Assembly (NCBI RefSeq): GCF_964355755.1
Contig: NC_092680.1
Span: 16,439,045 to 16,503,044, forward strand
DNA: 64,000 nucleotides
Reading direction: 5' to 3'
Source: Antedon mediterranea
Taxonomy: Eukaryota; Animalia; Echinodermata
The position numbers and the translations under genes are program-made. This document shows, one piece after another, positions 1 to 15,100 of this stretch (position 1 is its first letter; the number at the start of each line of letters is the position of its first letter). A model generated the notes under the pieces. The model had not been told where the DNA came from and made no database searches. It saw only the letters and a program-made list of their open reading frames with translations.

Positions 1-16
1 AATTATTTTATTATAG

Positions 17-127
17 AGAATTGTTCTTGGAGAACCAGTAGTACAATTTGCTATCCGGGAACGTGTTCAGATGGCAGTGACAGTTGTGCGTGCACAACTG
101 GTTTTACTGGAACTGACTGCAGAACAA
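17..127 (+). CDS. Gene 1 exon encoding an EGF-like module
   Basis: Translates NCSWRTSSTICYPGTCSDGSDSCACTTGFTGTDCRT, which has the CxCxxGF/YxGxxC EGF signature. Flanked by ttatag and GT. The phase-1 end joins exon 653. Confidence 0.8.
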
Positions 128-3100
128 GTGGGTAGATTAATAAACAATTGAAATTTTGATTTATATTATAGGCCTAATCTTGATTGAAAAAAATCATTGT
201 TTCATCGTCAAATTTCTTCCTATCAAATTTAAAACTTTTATTGAGAAGAATTACTGTTTGCATAAATTGAACATCATAGAGAGCTACTTTTGGTATCATT
301 CCATGTAAATCTATTAGTATTAACAGAAGTACACTAGTGACTTTTTAAGCATTGTCTCGTTTAAAATAAACGTTATTGTGTCGTCGAAACTGTATTAGGG
401 AACTTTCGCATAGGGACCTTAAACGAAGAGGAAGGTTATTTCGAGACACAAGCGATAGCGGTCAGGCCCATCCTGAATTATTATGACCTGCTAAATAACG
501 TACACGATGTGGATAAATTATAATCTTGTTATGAATTATCGTATATTTTGTATATGTCTAGAACATTACACTTGTGATACTATACTGTACACAGACATTA
601 TAAACCAATAAAAAACTATATATAGAAAGCAAATTTTTATTTTCTCCAACAGTGACATCAGATCAAGCCCCCAGTATGGATTACTGCCTTACAAAGCTTC
701 ACAATACCTCTGGTGGTACTCTAGAACTCCAATGTGTAGATTCTGGACATATTTATTACGTACGTCGTCAGATAACGTTAAAGAATATAGAAAATGACTG
801 GAGAAGCTCTTATATTCAACCAAATGAACCTTTGCCGCCATATATATCAGGTTTTGCTCTAGGAATGATACGAGGTGTCACCATAGCAACCCTCTATAAT
901 AAAGGTAAATATACTTACACAGGCGTTAGTCTAATAACAATTCACATGTCCATGCTTCTTTTTAGAAAACCGCCTCTTACTTTCTCATCTCATGTCCTAT
1001 CAATAAATGCCAGTGCTTAAAATACATTTTTTTTAAATTTTTATTGTATATTTTAGTAATATATAAAAATGCTGTAGATTTACATTTTCTCGCCCACTTC
1101 TCACTAACCTATCTTTGTAGAAAAGGCCTCGCGCGTTCAGTAGGAGTATTCGTATTAGACTAATTAGCACTACACATACCAGCCGTGTACTGTATCTCAA
1201 ACAAGAGAAAAGTACATTGGTACATACTATGGTGTTTAACAACTTCATAAAATAATTATTATATGTTTCATAATGTTTCAATTTCAACAATGCCACTGTT
1301 TTTTAAAAATCTTTATTAACCTAAACAAAACATTAACTAACTAAATTGATTATAGATAGGACAAAGTCGAAAGAGGTCGCTAGAATTCCATGCAGTGATA
1401 CAGCCCATCAAACTTCTCCACGTCAAAGTTTGTATCATTGCGTTGGAGTAGAAACTTTGGATTTGTCAGGTTGGATATTAGAAACTGGTGACAGGTATCG
1501 TACATTAAGTATTATTTAATTCAAAATGTAAAAATACTAATATTTAGTTTGTTGTAGCTTTTTCAAATCTTTTTGAAATCAAATGTGTGTATTAATTTCT
1601 TGTGGAGGACAAGATTGGAAATAAGTTGACTTTTTGCACCGTTACATTTTGTGTTTTATAATCCTTGAAATTCAATTTGTAAATAAGAATTTCAAATTAA
1701 TTGAAATTTAATAAAATAGTTACCACTTACCGTATACGTAGGTAGTCCTGCCAATGTGTTTGTTATTTGCATTTTCAGAATAACTGTTGATGTTGAAGTT
1801 GAAAATGGTGGATATGTAACGGTTGAAGATCGGGACACAAGCACGCAGTCTAACCGTTACTACAGTGGTCGTATTCTGGAAAGACAGAACAGTTACGTAT
1901 TTGACTTTGTTGATCCAGGTCATTGCGCAGTGACGTCGTCTTGCTCTCTTCAATTATTGGATTGTGGGAACGACGTCACAAAACAGGTAGATTTCTTAAA
2001 TAAAAATATCAATCTTTATGTTTTATTTAAACTACACTGTAGTTCACCTCTTTCTTACATCCATTGTTCAGTTGAAATTGTATTTCTTTCAAGTAAAAAG
2101 TATAAGTCTAGGATAAGTTACTTGTTAATTCTACAGGGAAACATCTCTGTAAGTTGGTCTGGATGGACTGATCCTGATTCTGGTATAGAAAGATTTCAGT
2201 ACGAAATCAGACCAATGTCATTGCAGTCCGACGGTAAACTAGAAGAGATTATGACAGGGGACCCGCTTGCAACTGGCGATAGCAATGGAGGAAATAACGT
2301 TGTGCTACCTCTCCCAGGCAATTTAATTTGTCATCACCAATGCATTATAGTTGAACATTAATTGAATTTTATCGCCATGATTCAATAACATTTTCAAATT
2401 CAGAGTAGGTCTACCTTTGTAATACACTTTGCAACAAAGCTGAATTGATACTAATAAAGTGGGTCTAGGACAACTATCCCCTGGACAACTACCACCCGGA
2501 CAGTAACCCCCCTGGACAATCGCCCTCCTAGGACAACTACCCCCCGGACAACTACCCTCTTAGGACAACTACCCCCTAGGACAATTACCCTCTAGGACAA
2601 CTACCCCCTAGGACAACTACCCTCTGGGACAACTACAACTAGAAAAATTACACCCTAGGAAAACTACCCTATAGCTACCCATTAGGAACAACTACCGCTT
2701 ACGATTGGTAACCAAATTAACAAGCTGCTTCTTTTGGTGCTAATTGTATTGTAAAATCAAATTGTGTGTAAAGAGGGGACTACGAGAGCGTTGTACCACA
2801 CTATAAATTTAACAATATTTGAGGTGAAATTATTAAAATATCGACGTATTTACCTAACATTTGTAGTATATTTTGTAATAACTGTAGTGATTTTTATTTT
2901 TTTTAAACTTCTAGGACAAACTATGAAAAACGATTTCCTCAATTGGCGCAGTTAGCTATGTTTTCAAAATAGGAAGACTAAGAAATGTATGAACTGTCAA
3001 ACGGGAGAGAGAGAGATTAATTTTTAAATCGTCTAATGTAATCAATTGATTAATAGTGTAGGTTTTTTTTATATCTAAAGTAAAATTAGGAGGTTCTGTT

Positions 3101-6100
3101 CTGTAGAAAACGAATTGGAATAAAAGGAAATAAGTAGAAAAGTCATAAATATATCATGGATATAATTATTCTTTAGGTTCTAAAAACGTTTATTGTCCTA
3201 TTTTCTCAAGAGTGGAGAAAAAATGTAAAAACAAATCAATTTAAGTTCTTCTATGAAGAATTATTACTGGACTTGTAGTAGTAAACGTATAATGTCATTA
3301 AACAGCATAACATAAGCTCTTACGGTAAAACATTTGTTTTGAAAAAGAAAAGAGAGAACAAAATCGGGCAAATTTTATCGATAGTAAGGGGCTGCTCTCC
3401 AGTCCCACTATCTTACCACTTCCCTCTAGTCTGCTATGCCCCTAGGACAACTACCCCTTTAGAACAACAACACTCTCTGAACAACCACATCTTCACCTTA
3501 GATTATAATTACGATCTTGTGTAAAACTGACTGAACTTCAAAACATAGGGAGAGAAATTGATCTTAAATGAAAGACTGTTGGATTGACTGGTGCCGCTAC
3601 TGTAGGTAAACTGTATGTTCCTAGATTTATATACGGCATATTCATGTCACACAAGAATGAAATAAGCCACCCCTTTATTTTTCAAGATTGAAATACGTTT
3701 TAATAATTTGATCAATTCTCGTTAAATGTAAAATACCTGCTGACGATACGCATATTAAAACATTTAAAAGCTTTCATATAAGATCAATCACTCTCCTATG
3801 TTTTGAAGTTCAGTAAGTTTTACAAGATCGTAATTATAACCTAAGGTGTAGGTGTGTCACGCCCAGATTGAAGTTAACTATATGGCTACTGAAGAACGCA
3901 ATTAAAAGTATGCAGATATATAATATTAGCAACTGAATGTCTTTATTTCCTTGTCCGCCGGTCACTTCTTCGTGGACTTGTTCACTAACAATTACATTCC
4001 CATTATACATAAACAATCATGTGTATACTCGGCTTGGTTTACGATTTACTACAAATGGTGGTCAGACAGTTACGTATTGGTACCAACTTCAGCCCATGAT
4101 ATAGGTGTGGTTGTTCAGAGGGTGTTGTTTGAATAGAGGGTATAGTTGTCCTAGAGGGTAGTTGTCCTAGGGGGTAGTTGTCCTAGGGGGTAGTTGTACG
4201 GGTGGGAGTTGTCCTAGGGGGTCATTGTCCGGGTGGTAGTTGTCCGGGTGGTAATTGTCCAGGGGGTAGTTTTCCGGATACGCCTGTAGATATTGCTATC
4301 TTTACTCTGAGTAAAGTGTTTTTTCTGCTTGTTTTTTGTATTTTTATGAGTGGTTCTATTATATTTCTTGTGTGGATATTTTCTGATATGTTTATTGAAA
4401 TGCTATATTCATCTTTATGTTCTACTTGGTAAGAGGATTCAAGGTTCTTGTCATAGGGATTTAGTTCCCCTTTTCTGCCACTTACTTTCCCTTTTCTGCC
4501 ACTTACTTTGTAGTTGTTTGTTTGTTGTTGTTGTTGTTGATTGGCAATAAAGAATAAGAATAATAAACACTCTTTTGTTTAGGTCTGTACTCAGTAGTAC
4601 TAGAAGTGTTTGACTTGGCTGGAAACGTACAACTCGCTCGACGGTTTATTCTATTTGATGATATTAACAACGTCACTTTTAAATTGGACACGTCGCTTCT
4701 GGTGATTTCAGCTTCAATTGATACTGGATTTGAATGGTTGACTGATTTACATTCAAATGTACTCGTAGATTGGACTAATCATTACACAAATGAGTATCAT
4801 GAAGTACATAAGCTTCTGAATGAGATTGGAGATTATTATAGTACTGAATTATTGCCAGGTAAACAATTGACCCATGTTCTACCTCCACAAATATTCTCCC
4901 CTCTTTGCAACCTATCTCGTGTCAAAATTGTCGTTCCCAAATGAAAAAAAAATGATGCCTATATTTCTTGTCAATGATACAGACATTATGTGAAATGTTT
5001 AAATAGTTCAAATAGATTCAAAATCTAACAAAAACAGTGAAAATGAAATTTGTAACAATTTTTTAACCTTACCAAGTTATTTAACGCTCGTTCATGGGAT
5101 GTGGTAGGAATAATTCGGACCGTCCAATGTCATGTTTGCAAGTATATTAAAATTATTTAATACACATCGACCCGTTTCTAAATGACATGCGATAGTCAGT
5201 TAGACTCTTCTAGTGACAGCTGCAGAATACGTATAGTGGTACTAAAGTTCAGTCTAAATTATATACTACAGAGTATGATCAATGGAATGGAACCAGAGGA
5301 ATAATTGCTATACCCAATAAATTGGGCGTAGTTACATTTGAGGACACGTTCTCATTGGATCATAAAGGATGTTCAACTTGCAACCGAGGTCCGTGGAATG
5401 ATGTTGGATTAACTACATTAGAATCATACGGTATTCCACGAATTGACGGTGATTCAATAACGTTCTGGGTGAGAGCAACTGACATCATGGGGAATACGTT
5501 GGTTGACTCTGTGGTGGTTCACGTTGACTCTAGTGAAGCAATCATTCAAGATCTGTGGCTAGTAAAAGATGGTGAAAGAAACATAGCAGTACATAATTCT
5601 GCAGATTTACTTGAAATGAAGTAGGTGACCAAAATAATGCATAACATTCTTCAAAATGCAATAATAATATATACAAAATTGTTTTGTTTACTTTTTTACT
5701 TTCCCCTTTTTAAAATACTTTTGTTTTTATTTAGTTTTGAATTCCAATCATTTGATGCACACAGTGGACTAAAGATAATTCAATGGGAAGTGTATGATGT
5801 ACACGAAGGAAATGTAATTGTTCTTGGCTCAGATCATCTTACTGTAGAACACTGTGTAAGTGATTATGTTTCTGTATGATGAAAATTAATAATAAATTAA
5901 ATAATGTAAAAAAGTAATGGTATTTAAACATGGTTTTATGAGGAAAATCAGGTCAATAAAAAAGAAATAAAGATTACTATATTTTGTTATCACAGAAACC
6001 TTATGCATGTCTTCCACCCGATTGCATATGTATTCCAAAAGGAGATTGTTACGGAATTAACTATAGCTTTCAACCAGGTTTAAGCAGAATGAACATCAGC

Positions 6101-9100
6101 AACGTAAAACACGATCAAGAAATATACGTAAAAATCACTATAACAAATAATGCAATGCTTGTTGCAAACCTCACAAGAAAGGTAGGTGTTATCGTATCAA
6201 CTTATTAGATTGTTCTGTAAACGCTGATGTGAATTTTGTATAGATTGCTGTCTCTGCTTTTACCTTTGTAATGAAGCTAGTATTATGTTTTACAACGTAC
6301 TGCATATGAATATGTAATACATTTTACATATGGTAATGGTAATAACAAGTTCTTTTAATTTTGATTAGATAACCATAGACACATCTAATCCTCATCCTGG
6401 TACAGTTTTCGAAGGTTTACCTGGCGAAAATGATATTGACTTTCAACAAGTTTTACAAATTGATGCACATTGGTCGGGATTCTTTGACAAGGAAAGTGGG
6501 ATTAAGTATTATAAATATGGTATCAGTAGCAGATGTCTGACGATTGCTGATTTTTATAATGTAAATTTGGTAAGACTTACGAAACAAATTGGAGTTAGAT
6601 CTAACGAGCAGAGTGATTATTAATCTTTATTATGCAAAATATAATATACCAAACAAAGGATTACCTAAATTCAAATTCTTTTATTGCAACTATGTAAATA
6701 TTGTTGAATTTACAAAAATAAAAGTAATAATGAATAATAAATATACGAAAATAAAAATTCATATTCCAAATTTAAAAAATACATAAACAAAAAATAACAA
6801 AAGCAGAAATAAAACATGATATGTGAAATAATTGTGGTACAGATAAACAATTATTGAGCTTCATTTTGTTGAAATTACTGATACAGTCATGATTATTAAT
6901 AGTATTTTAAAGCTTAATTGAATCAAAGGCCCTATTAGAGGATACAAAAGAAACAGTGCTTTATTGATTTTTTTTTATCATCAATCATTCTTTAAATATT
7001 ATTAGACAACCTTCACAACGACATCAACTTTTGCTACATGGACTGCACCATCAACAGGAAAATACTACGTTACAGTCGTTGCTTTCAATAATGCAGTTGA
7101 CCCATCGGAACCTGTTTGTTCAGACGGTGTAACAATTGACCATTCGCCTCCCACTTTGAAAGATGTCATTATAGAAAACTTGTACGTCAGACCTGGACTT
7201 GTGAGCATTGATAACTCGACGGTTTGGTTCATCAGCAAGGACCTAAAGAGATCACTTGTTGAGCGCCCATCTGACGAATGCATGTAAGGTTTGCATATAA
7301 TTAGTTATAACCGATACAAGGAATCTACAAACAAAATGTTTCATAATTTTAAAAATATAACTATTAATCAATTACTAGGAATATAGCATAAACACTGTCT
7401 AGTAAACACATTTTCTTTGTGGAGTAATAGTACGTCATTGTCCTTCCTTGTATTTTTAATTAATTGTACCATTTTGTCTCAAGATTCGTAAAAAATACAG
7501 TGGGTAAATATGAAAGCCTTTTATTTTTTTTTCAGTTCTTTCTCTCGCAACATAGATGAAACAACTTTATCTTTGATTGCAATTTCATTTTCGAATGATA
7601 CAGTTAATATGATTAATAATTATGAATGTCTGGAAAACAAGCCGCTATCTGATTACTTATACTTGAGGGAAGATAGATATGTGAGTACTACTTAGGCTAA
7701 ACATCATGAATATTATAATATTCCAGATATGTATTTTACCAGTGAGACAAAATCATAGGTAGGTTTGTTTTTTTGTATTATTCGAGTTACTACTAATGTG
7801 TTTTAAGGCAAACCATAGCTTTTCAGTCGGCACAGTTTCAAGGCACTCCTCGACAATTGTTCTGGTGGTAGAACAAGTCTTTCAGATAAGCACATCTAGC
7901 TTGTGTGCACTTTAAACCCAGTACATCTTTCGGAAGAGTAGAGGGTTACCCCGGTGTACTGGTCCATTCAGCTTCTGTCGTTGTGGACAGATGAACGGGC
8001 GCCGTTTAGTGGCAGCACTTGACACGAAGGGACCCTTAGTGGAGAAAAAAATCGTAGTATGTGTCGTCTATTATGTGCGCACGTTATTCCCCATTTACAT
8101 TTAATTAGAAGCATATACTATATTTTGGAAGAATATTGAGAAAGTTACGTTTATCACGGTTTTTTTTTTCATGATGGAATTAGGTATCATTTACATTTAA
8201 GTTTACTTTAGGAGTAGATGTAACACTTCCCCATTATAAGGTATTAATACTATTTCAGTTATCCGTCTCGTGGATCGGAGCAGACATTGAAAGTGAAATA
8301 TTTGACTACTTGATTGGTTTGTCAAGTACGCCCACAGTTGGTGCATATCTGATGCCGTTTAAGTCTACAGGTGGTCATCCAATGTTTAAAACATACCACC
8401 CTCATCTTGGCGAAGGCGTTGAATTCTTTATCATCATACAGGCATTAAACAGAGCGAAGATGTCTACTACTAGGGTAGGTTTAATTGTTTAATAAAATAA
8501 AAAGTTTCATTTGTAAAATATCTTGAAGAACACGTCATAACGAAATATTCCTCTGATGTTATAATTGTAGCGGTAAGCATGCGTAGCATGCAGTGCAGTG
8601 GTCGAATAAACAATTGAAACGTTATACATGTTGGTTAAGGCTGTCAAACAATAAACGTCCGGTTTTTGATACATTTTGGTTACTATATTTCAGTTTATTG
8701 GTCCAATACTTGTGGATGTTACGCCTCCTTTTTTTATTGGCGAAATATACGTAAGTCTAGCTGGGGAATATCTTTTAGCTAAATGGCACCTCGATAGTTT
8801 CACTGACAACGAAGATGTCGAACCTCTTACATATGAAGTAGAAGTTGGTAAGGAAAAGTCTTAATTGTTTAACATTCAAATTTAACATAAATGTTATTGC
8901 TAAGGATAACGTACAAGTCCTATGATTTCTGCTAAACAACACTGTACCATGAAATTGTACCTTGCACAAGGAGAGAGTTTAGTATTTTCAATCAGGAAGA
9001 GAACAGATTATTTATCCACACCACCTTGAGGATAACTCCTTGTTTTAATTGGCTTGTAACAGTTGGTAACTCTGCCAAATCCACCATTTTACCTAACCTA

Positions 9101-12100
9101 TATACCGGTAGTATTTTGAATCTGTTCCGTGTAAAACAGGACAACTTCTACAAGAACAGAATAATTATAACTATGAATTTTCATGCCTTGAATTGTATAT
9201 TTTTTCATGAATAGGGCATTCCGCAGGCACATCTGAACTTCTAAAATATGAACCAATCAACGCTAACAGTCCGTGTACGTTAAACACATCAACATTATGT
9301 ACAGCAATACCACTATCAAGACTGGATTGGGAACTTCATGTTAACTATGTTTACTTTGTGTCGATCAAAGCAACAAACGTCGCCGGTCTTTCAACCATCG
9401 GTGTATCTGAGCCATATTACCATAGAAATGCTCTTCCGATGCTTGGGGTTGTGTTTGATATCTCTGTTAAACAGACGCAATATACAGTACCAGTGGTAAG
9501 GACGTTTTGAATTTTGTTTTTTTGAATAATATTTATTTATTCTAAATTAAATGGGAAAACGGTGAGCGCCAAAGGTCTAGGCCTATGTCTATGGTTATAA
9601 ACTATACACTCACTACAGTATACAATATCGTTTTTTTTATTTATTTACATTATGATAGAGTTACGTTGATATAGACAGTCAGAGTGAGGATGATGCTATA
9701 GCAGTCTATTGGTATGGCTTCCAAAATGTTCATGATGAAGTTAGTTACCAAGTTTCTGTGGGAACAAACCCAGGCCATAGTGACGTCACTGATGGTTTTA
9801 TTGAAGTTGATAATAACGAATATTTTAATATAAAAAATTTAGAACTTTTAGAGTTTACGGTAAGAATATCTTTTTTATAGATACTTGTATGAAAAATGAT
9901 TTTAGCAAAACTAGTGAAAACAAATTTAATTCGTGCGTATTATGTAGTTGCTTTGAATAAAAGAATTCAAAAATACGTACAAAAATAAAGAATATTAGAA
10001 ATTGGTCAAGAAGTATAAAAAAAAGAATGAAGAATAATCTACTTCAGGAATTATTGAATTGATTAAAGTCTGTTAGAAAAATAAAAGTTCATAATACAGA
10101 ATTTGTTTTATTTATTTGTTTATTAGGTATACTACACAGTTGTCATTGCCACATCATCAGCTGGCAGTGTCAACGTAACTTCTGACGGTGTTAGTATTCT
10201 TCCTAGAGATACCGCTCTTTATGGAACAACGGTTGCAGACGGTGAACCGTGTTTAAATAATGGTAACTATTTTGGCAACAATCATAGAATTATTCAAAGT
10301 AAACATAAAACAATATTAATATAAATTTATGTAAGAACTGTTTTTTTCACAGGTTCTTATTGTGTTCAAGATCAAGATTTCCAAAGCAGTGCAACAAGTT
10401 ATAGTTCCCATTGGACTATTTCTAATAATGTGTCGTCATTTATCACGCATGTTATTTGGACAATGGAAAAACAAGTTGATGGTAAGACACTCATTCATTT
10501 ATTTCAGTAGATTTATTTTCATTTTAAAGATATTTACTATCTATATCGAACGGTGTTTTCAAAGGTAGAATGTGAAGGTACATTTGAACGGACGACTGAT
10601 TGAATATCCAAAGAGTTTATACTTTCTTCTTGTTATCACAATTAAGGAACCTATAACCACATAACTCCACAATACAATAGATACAACAGTTTTAACAAAC
10701 CTCCTTTTTCTTTGTTATTCTTTATAGTCGATAACCAGCTATGGACAACCATTGATGGCCCAAAATATCTAGGCATGGTTAATAGCGTATTGACATCCGG
10801 ATTAAATCTTGAGTATAGCGGGCACTATAGGTCAAAAGTAGAATTTTGTAACTCAAATATCTGTTTCACTCCACGTTTAACTGATGGATTGTGGGTACTT
10901 TCTGCACCACCGACACCAAGTAGAGTGTTTGTAGAGCTTGTCTACGAGAGTAACACGCCACGCATTGATGTTGCATTTGAGCCGTTTTCACATGATATGT
11001 TCGAGGGATCTGCAGACATCGACACTATGGATCATTATGAATGGTCACTAACAAAAGGTCAAGAAGCAAATGGATTGTTACTATCGTGGAAACAAGTAGA
11101 TGATTTGTATGACAACGATGAAATGGTAATACCTAGTATAATGTTTAACCTTGGGATTCATTGCTCGAAAAAATCGGAGAAAGACTTTAAACATATTTTT
11201 ATAATTTTCACAAATGCATTGTGACCTCTTTTTAGTTTTTTAGTTACTAGAGTACTTCTATTACGAAACAACAGGAAATTCCATACTTGCATTTTTTTAA
11301 TCCCTTTATTATTATAGTATACTTTTTTCTTTTTCATTACTAATACACACAGATTTCTCTTCCAGATGATGTAGGTTCCTAATTAGAAAAATAATTTTAC
11401 TCATTAAATTCTTTGAATTTCCAACAAAGAAGAATTACCTCAAGATTTCGTTTTTTCAATTATAATCCTAGTTTTTATACTTTCTGCAGATTACCTTTCA
11501 ATCAGAATTGATGTTTAACATTTCGGAGTTTACGTGTATAAGATTGCTTGTCAAAGGTTTCAACAAAGCAGGACTTTCATCAACGACGTCTAGCGAACTG
11601 TGGGACTGTGACAAAGCACCAGAATCTGATCCTAATATTGTCATCGATGCTTTTAGTAAATCTTTATATTTATTAATGATATAATATAAACAAACTATAA
11701 TATATTCATGTGTATGACTAACAATAATGACAATTCTAACATTGTACAAACAGTGATACGACCCACTGAAGAATACGTAATTATACTAGGCTAAATGATG
11801 AAATTATTTCATCATACTATACATCAGAAAATAATAATACCAATTAACAAGTATTATTTCCTACTTTATAACAGCAGAATTAAATGAATATAGTTATTGT
11901 TTATATTTAGATCACGTGGAACTTGAAGAAAATGGACAATGGGACAAAGAGGACATTGATTACAGTGGGGAGAAAACATCCTTACATGCGGTCTGGCCAA
12001 CCCTTCGTTATTTTACTTATGATTGGGCTGTAATTGGCGTGTCACCTGAAGACTATACAACCAACTTAAATATGGCAGGTTTAACAAGTCCATGCGCTCA

Positions 12101-15100
12101 TACGAACAAACTTCAATGTGGTCAAACAGGTAATACATCTAACTAACTAAAACTTTGATTACAAAGAAGCTAATAAATATTTGAAAGACTTAAAATCAAA
12201 TTCAGTCAAGTATCTAGCTATTTCTTTCTCTAAATACTAATATACTATTTATTCCAATTGTTATGTTTTTGTAGATGATGAGTACATAAACGTTGATGAA
12301 CTTAACCTCAAACACGGGTCAAAATACTTTATTTGTATACATGCCGAGAAGACAATGAAATACCACGAAAAATGGACAGAAGTTTTACCAGAGTTGTCTT
12401 CTTGTAGTGATGGTGTTGTGATTGACCTTACACCTCCAACACCCGGAGATGTTTGGTTAGGCTGGCAGCGTGGAAATATTTACCAGGTTATCTATTCAAA
12501 ATTGTTTTGTTAATAGTTTTATGTAAAGTAATGGTTAGGCCTTTTTTTATTGATTTTTAAAAATGAAATATTAGACAGAAGCATTCATGTCGACGTGATC
12601 ATTTGTTGTTTTTTTTGTGTTGTTTATGTATTTTTTTTAAACTTAGCATTCAATGTCGGAATTAAGCATTAGCTGGGACTCTTTTATTGATGTGGAAGAA
12701 CACGGAACCTCGCCACATCATTCTGGTATAAGCTATTATCAATACTCTGTTGGTAAGTTATTATAATTTTTGTTATAAACCTTTACAAATCAATCTTATC
12801 GCCAACTAAAAGAAGAGAAGTGTTCAGATACTGCTGATACTTCCTTAGTAGATAAAGAACAAATTCGTCGTAATGGACTTGGAAACGCAATAATAAAGTA
12901 CATACTATTAGTGAACTGTACACTACACTTCACCTATTCTGTAGCTAAAATCAGCTTGCCCATATTATGCACTAATGTTTTCTATTGTTAATCAAATAGG
13001 TACATTTCCAGGAGGAATTGACATTGTTGATTTTGTAAACGTGGGCATCACCAATCATATTATTGTTCATGATATGCATCTTGAAAATGGAAAAGTTTAT
13101 TATGCTACAATTAAAGGTAATTAAATAAATAAAAAATTACAATGTAGAAATTGAATGTGCTTTAGAATTAATGTCAGCACAACAAAATACTGGTACATTT
13201 ATTAAAGATATATTGTCCCCCTACATTTTACTTTTCCAATTTTTTTATAAATATGCTATTGCTGTTGAATATATATAAAAAAATGTAATTTAAAGCAAAA
13301 AAGACTTAAATTGTCTGTCAGGTAATGGTTTTTGGTTAAAATTAACCGTTTCGTTAATGTCTTTTTTTTAAGTGAAATAATTGTTTTTTGGGTTTTTTTT
13401 TTACAGAAGTGAATACCTTTATTAAAACTGCAAACATAGCCCATTTAAAGTCTGATTTTATTAATCTTTATTTTTCATGTTGTTTTTTTTTTTTGGTGGG
13501 GCCAATACATCTTTAACAGAAAATTAGGTTTTCCGAAAAGTCAAAATAAATGAACCTGCACCAACAGTCACATTGTTTTATAGTTTTACAATTAATTCAA
13601 CAAAACAAACACAATAACTTTCATTCTAGCAACGGATTTTGTTGGATTAACATCGTCAAAAACATCTCAAGGAATTACAGTTGATAGTACATCGCCTAAT
13701 TTGGGTTCTAGTAATATTGTTGTCGATGGCGATGTTTTTTATTCTACGTCTTCGGTCAAAGCAAGGTAAATAGGTTTTTATACCAAACAATTCTTTAAGT
13801 TGCTTATCTTACAATAAATTAAAAAGATTACCATAAGTAGAGTGATCAAATTATGGAAAAATTTTCAGAAAAGAAAGTAACTACCCGTAGTGTAGCCGTA
13901 CGCACCGTCGTCGGCACCGGCGTCTTTGTCATCGTCATCATCATTGAATAAATCGAACAGGAAAGAATCGTTTTCTTTCCTCTGACAGACTGGGTCTTTA
14001 TCAACTGTCATTTCAATTTTCATAAACAATTATGGTCAACATAATCGTATAAGAAAGATTAAATAATTGATTTTGTTTGTAGTTGGAATGGTGTTTTCAA
14101 TGACCCTGAAAGTGGTATTTCTTCTTACGAATGGAGCATTGGTTCCAACCCCTACTGGTCGGACATATATCCAAATACATTGACGTCTTCAGAGGAAGCT
14201 ATTACAAATGAAAACTTCCCTTTGGATTTACAAGAAGGACATCACTATTACATTACTATTAAGGTAGTCACAAAAATATTACTCACGGTAATCTTAAAAA
14301 TGTAACGTAAGTTTTCCTTTCTGATCAAAGAGATTGGAAGTTTCCGGATTCCACAAACAAGTTTACTTTAATAATATAATTTAACTGTAACATTGAACAA
14401 ACAAAATGAAAGCAGTACGTAAACTTGATTATTAATTCCCAAGATAAAACAAGATGTAAGAGTATGTTTGCATTAATGTTAGGCATATAATGGAGCTGGG
14501 TTGTCTTCAATGACGTGCAGTGGCGCAGTAACTGTTGATACATCACCACCATCCGCTGGTTTTGTGTATGATGGACCATTAACAGATCCGCCAGAAGATA
14601 AGGATATACAACAAGACACATCCACTATTTTCGCTAATTGGGATGGATTTATAGATCGTGGAACACAGGTTATCAGTTACAGTTGGAAAGTGGGACTATG
14701 TCGTGGATGTGAAGATGTCATGGAAGAGCAAAATGTTGGTTTAGCAAAATGTAAGTTTACACGCTTATCCACACTATCACACTTTGTTAATTGTTTATCG
14801 TTTAAAAACATTGATATATTTTTGTATCTCATTCCATTCAAATATTAGGTAATGAAGGAAAAATCAACTACTTCAAATACATAATGGTGTAGGGTTATTG
14901 GTATTTTTGATGTTCTTCTGGAATATTTTCTGTCATGCATATTTCAACTCATAATTTATCTAGTTTCGTCATTATCCAGATCCTCAGTATTTAAGGTTCA
15001 TCGTTAGGCCTATATATTCCTAAAAAGCTTGTATACAATGTATTTTAGATGGAGAAGTTAACTATTTGAATCTTATTGCTGGTCACATTTATTATACAAC

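Noticed and set aside
1987-2136. Stop-free 150-nt intron read through by ORF 1756..2361 (possible retained intron)
   Set aside because: It has canonical CAG|GTAGAT and CTACAG| sites and intron-like AT-rich composition. An open frame over 50 codons can be chance.
4202-4432. ORF with GGxCP repeats resembling a metal-binding peptide
   Set aside because: It is the reading of the foldback right-arm tandem repeat running into T-rich intron sequence.
13880-13990. Short CpG-rich intronic patch (similar patches at about 360-500 and 32640-32760)
   Set aside because: No convincing RNA fold, TIR pair with TSD, or exon phase fit. Probably old repeat fragments.
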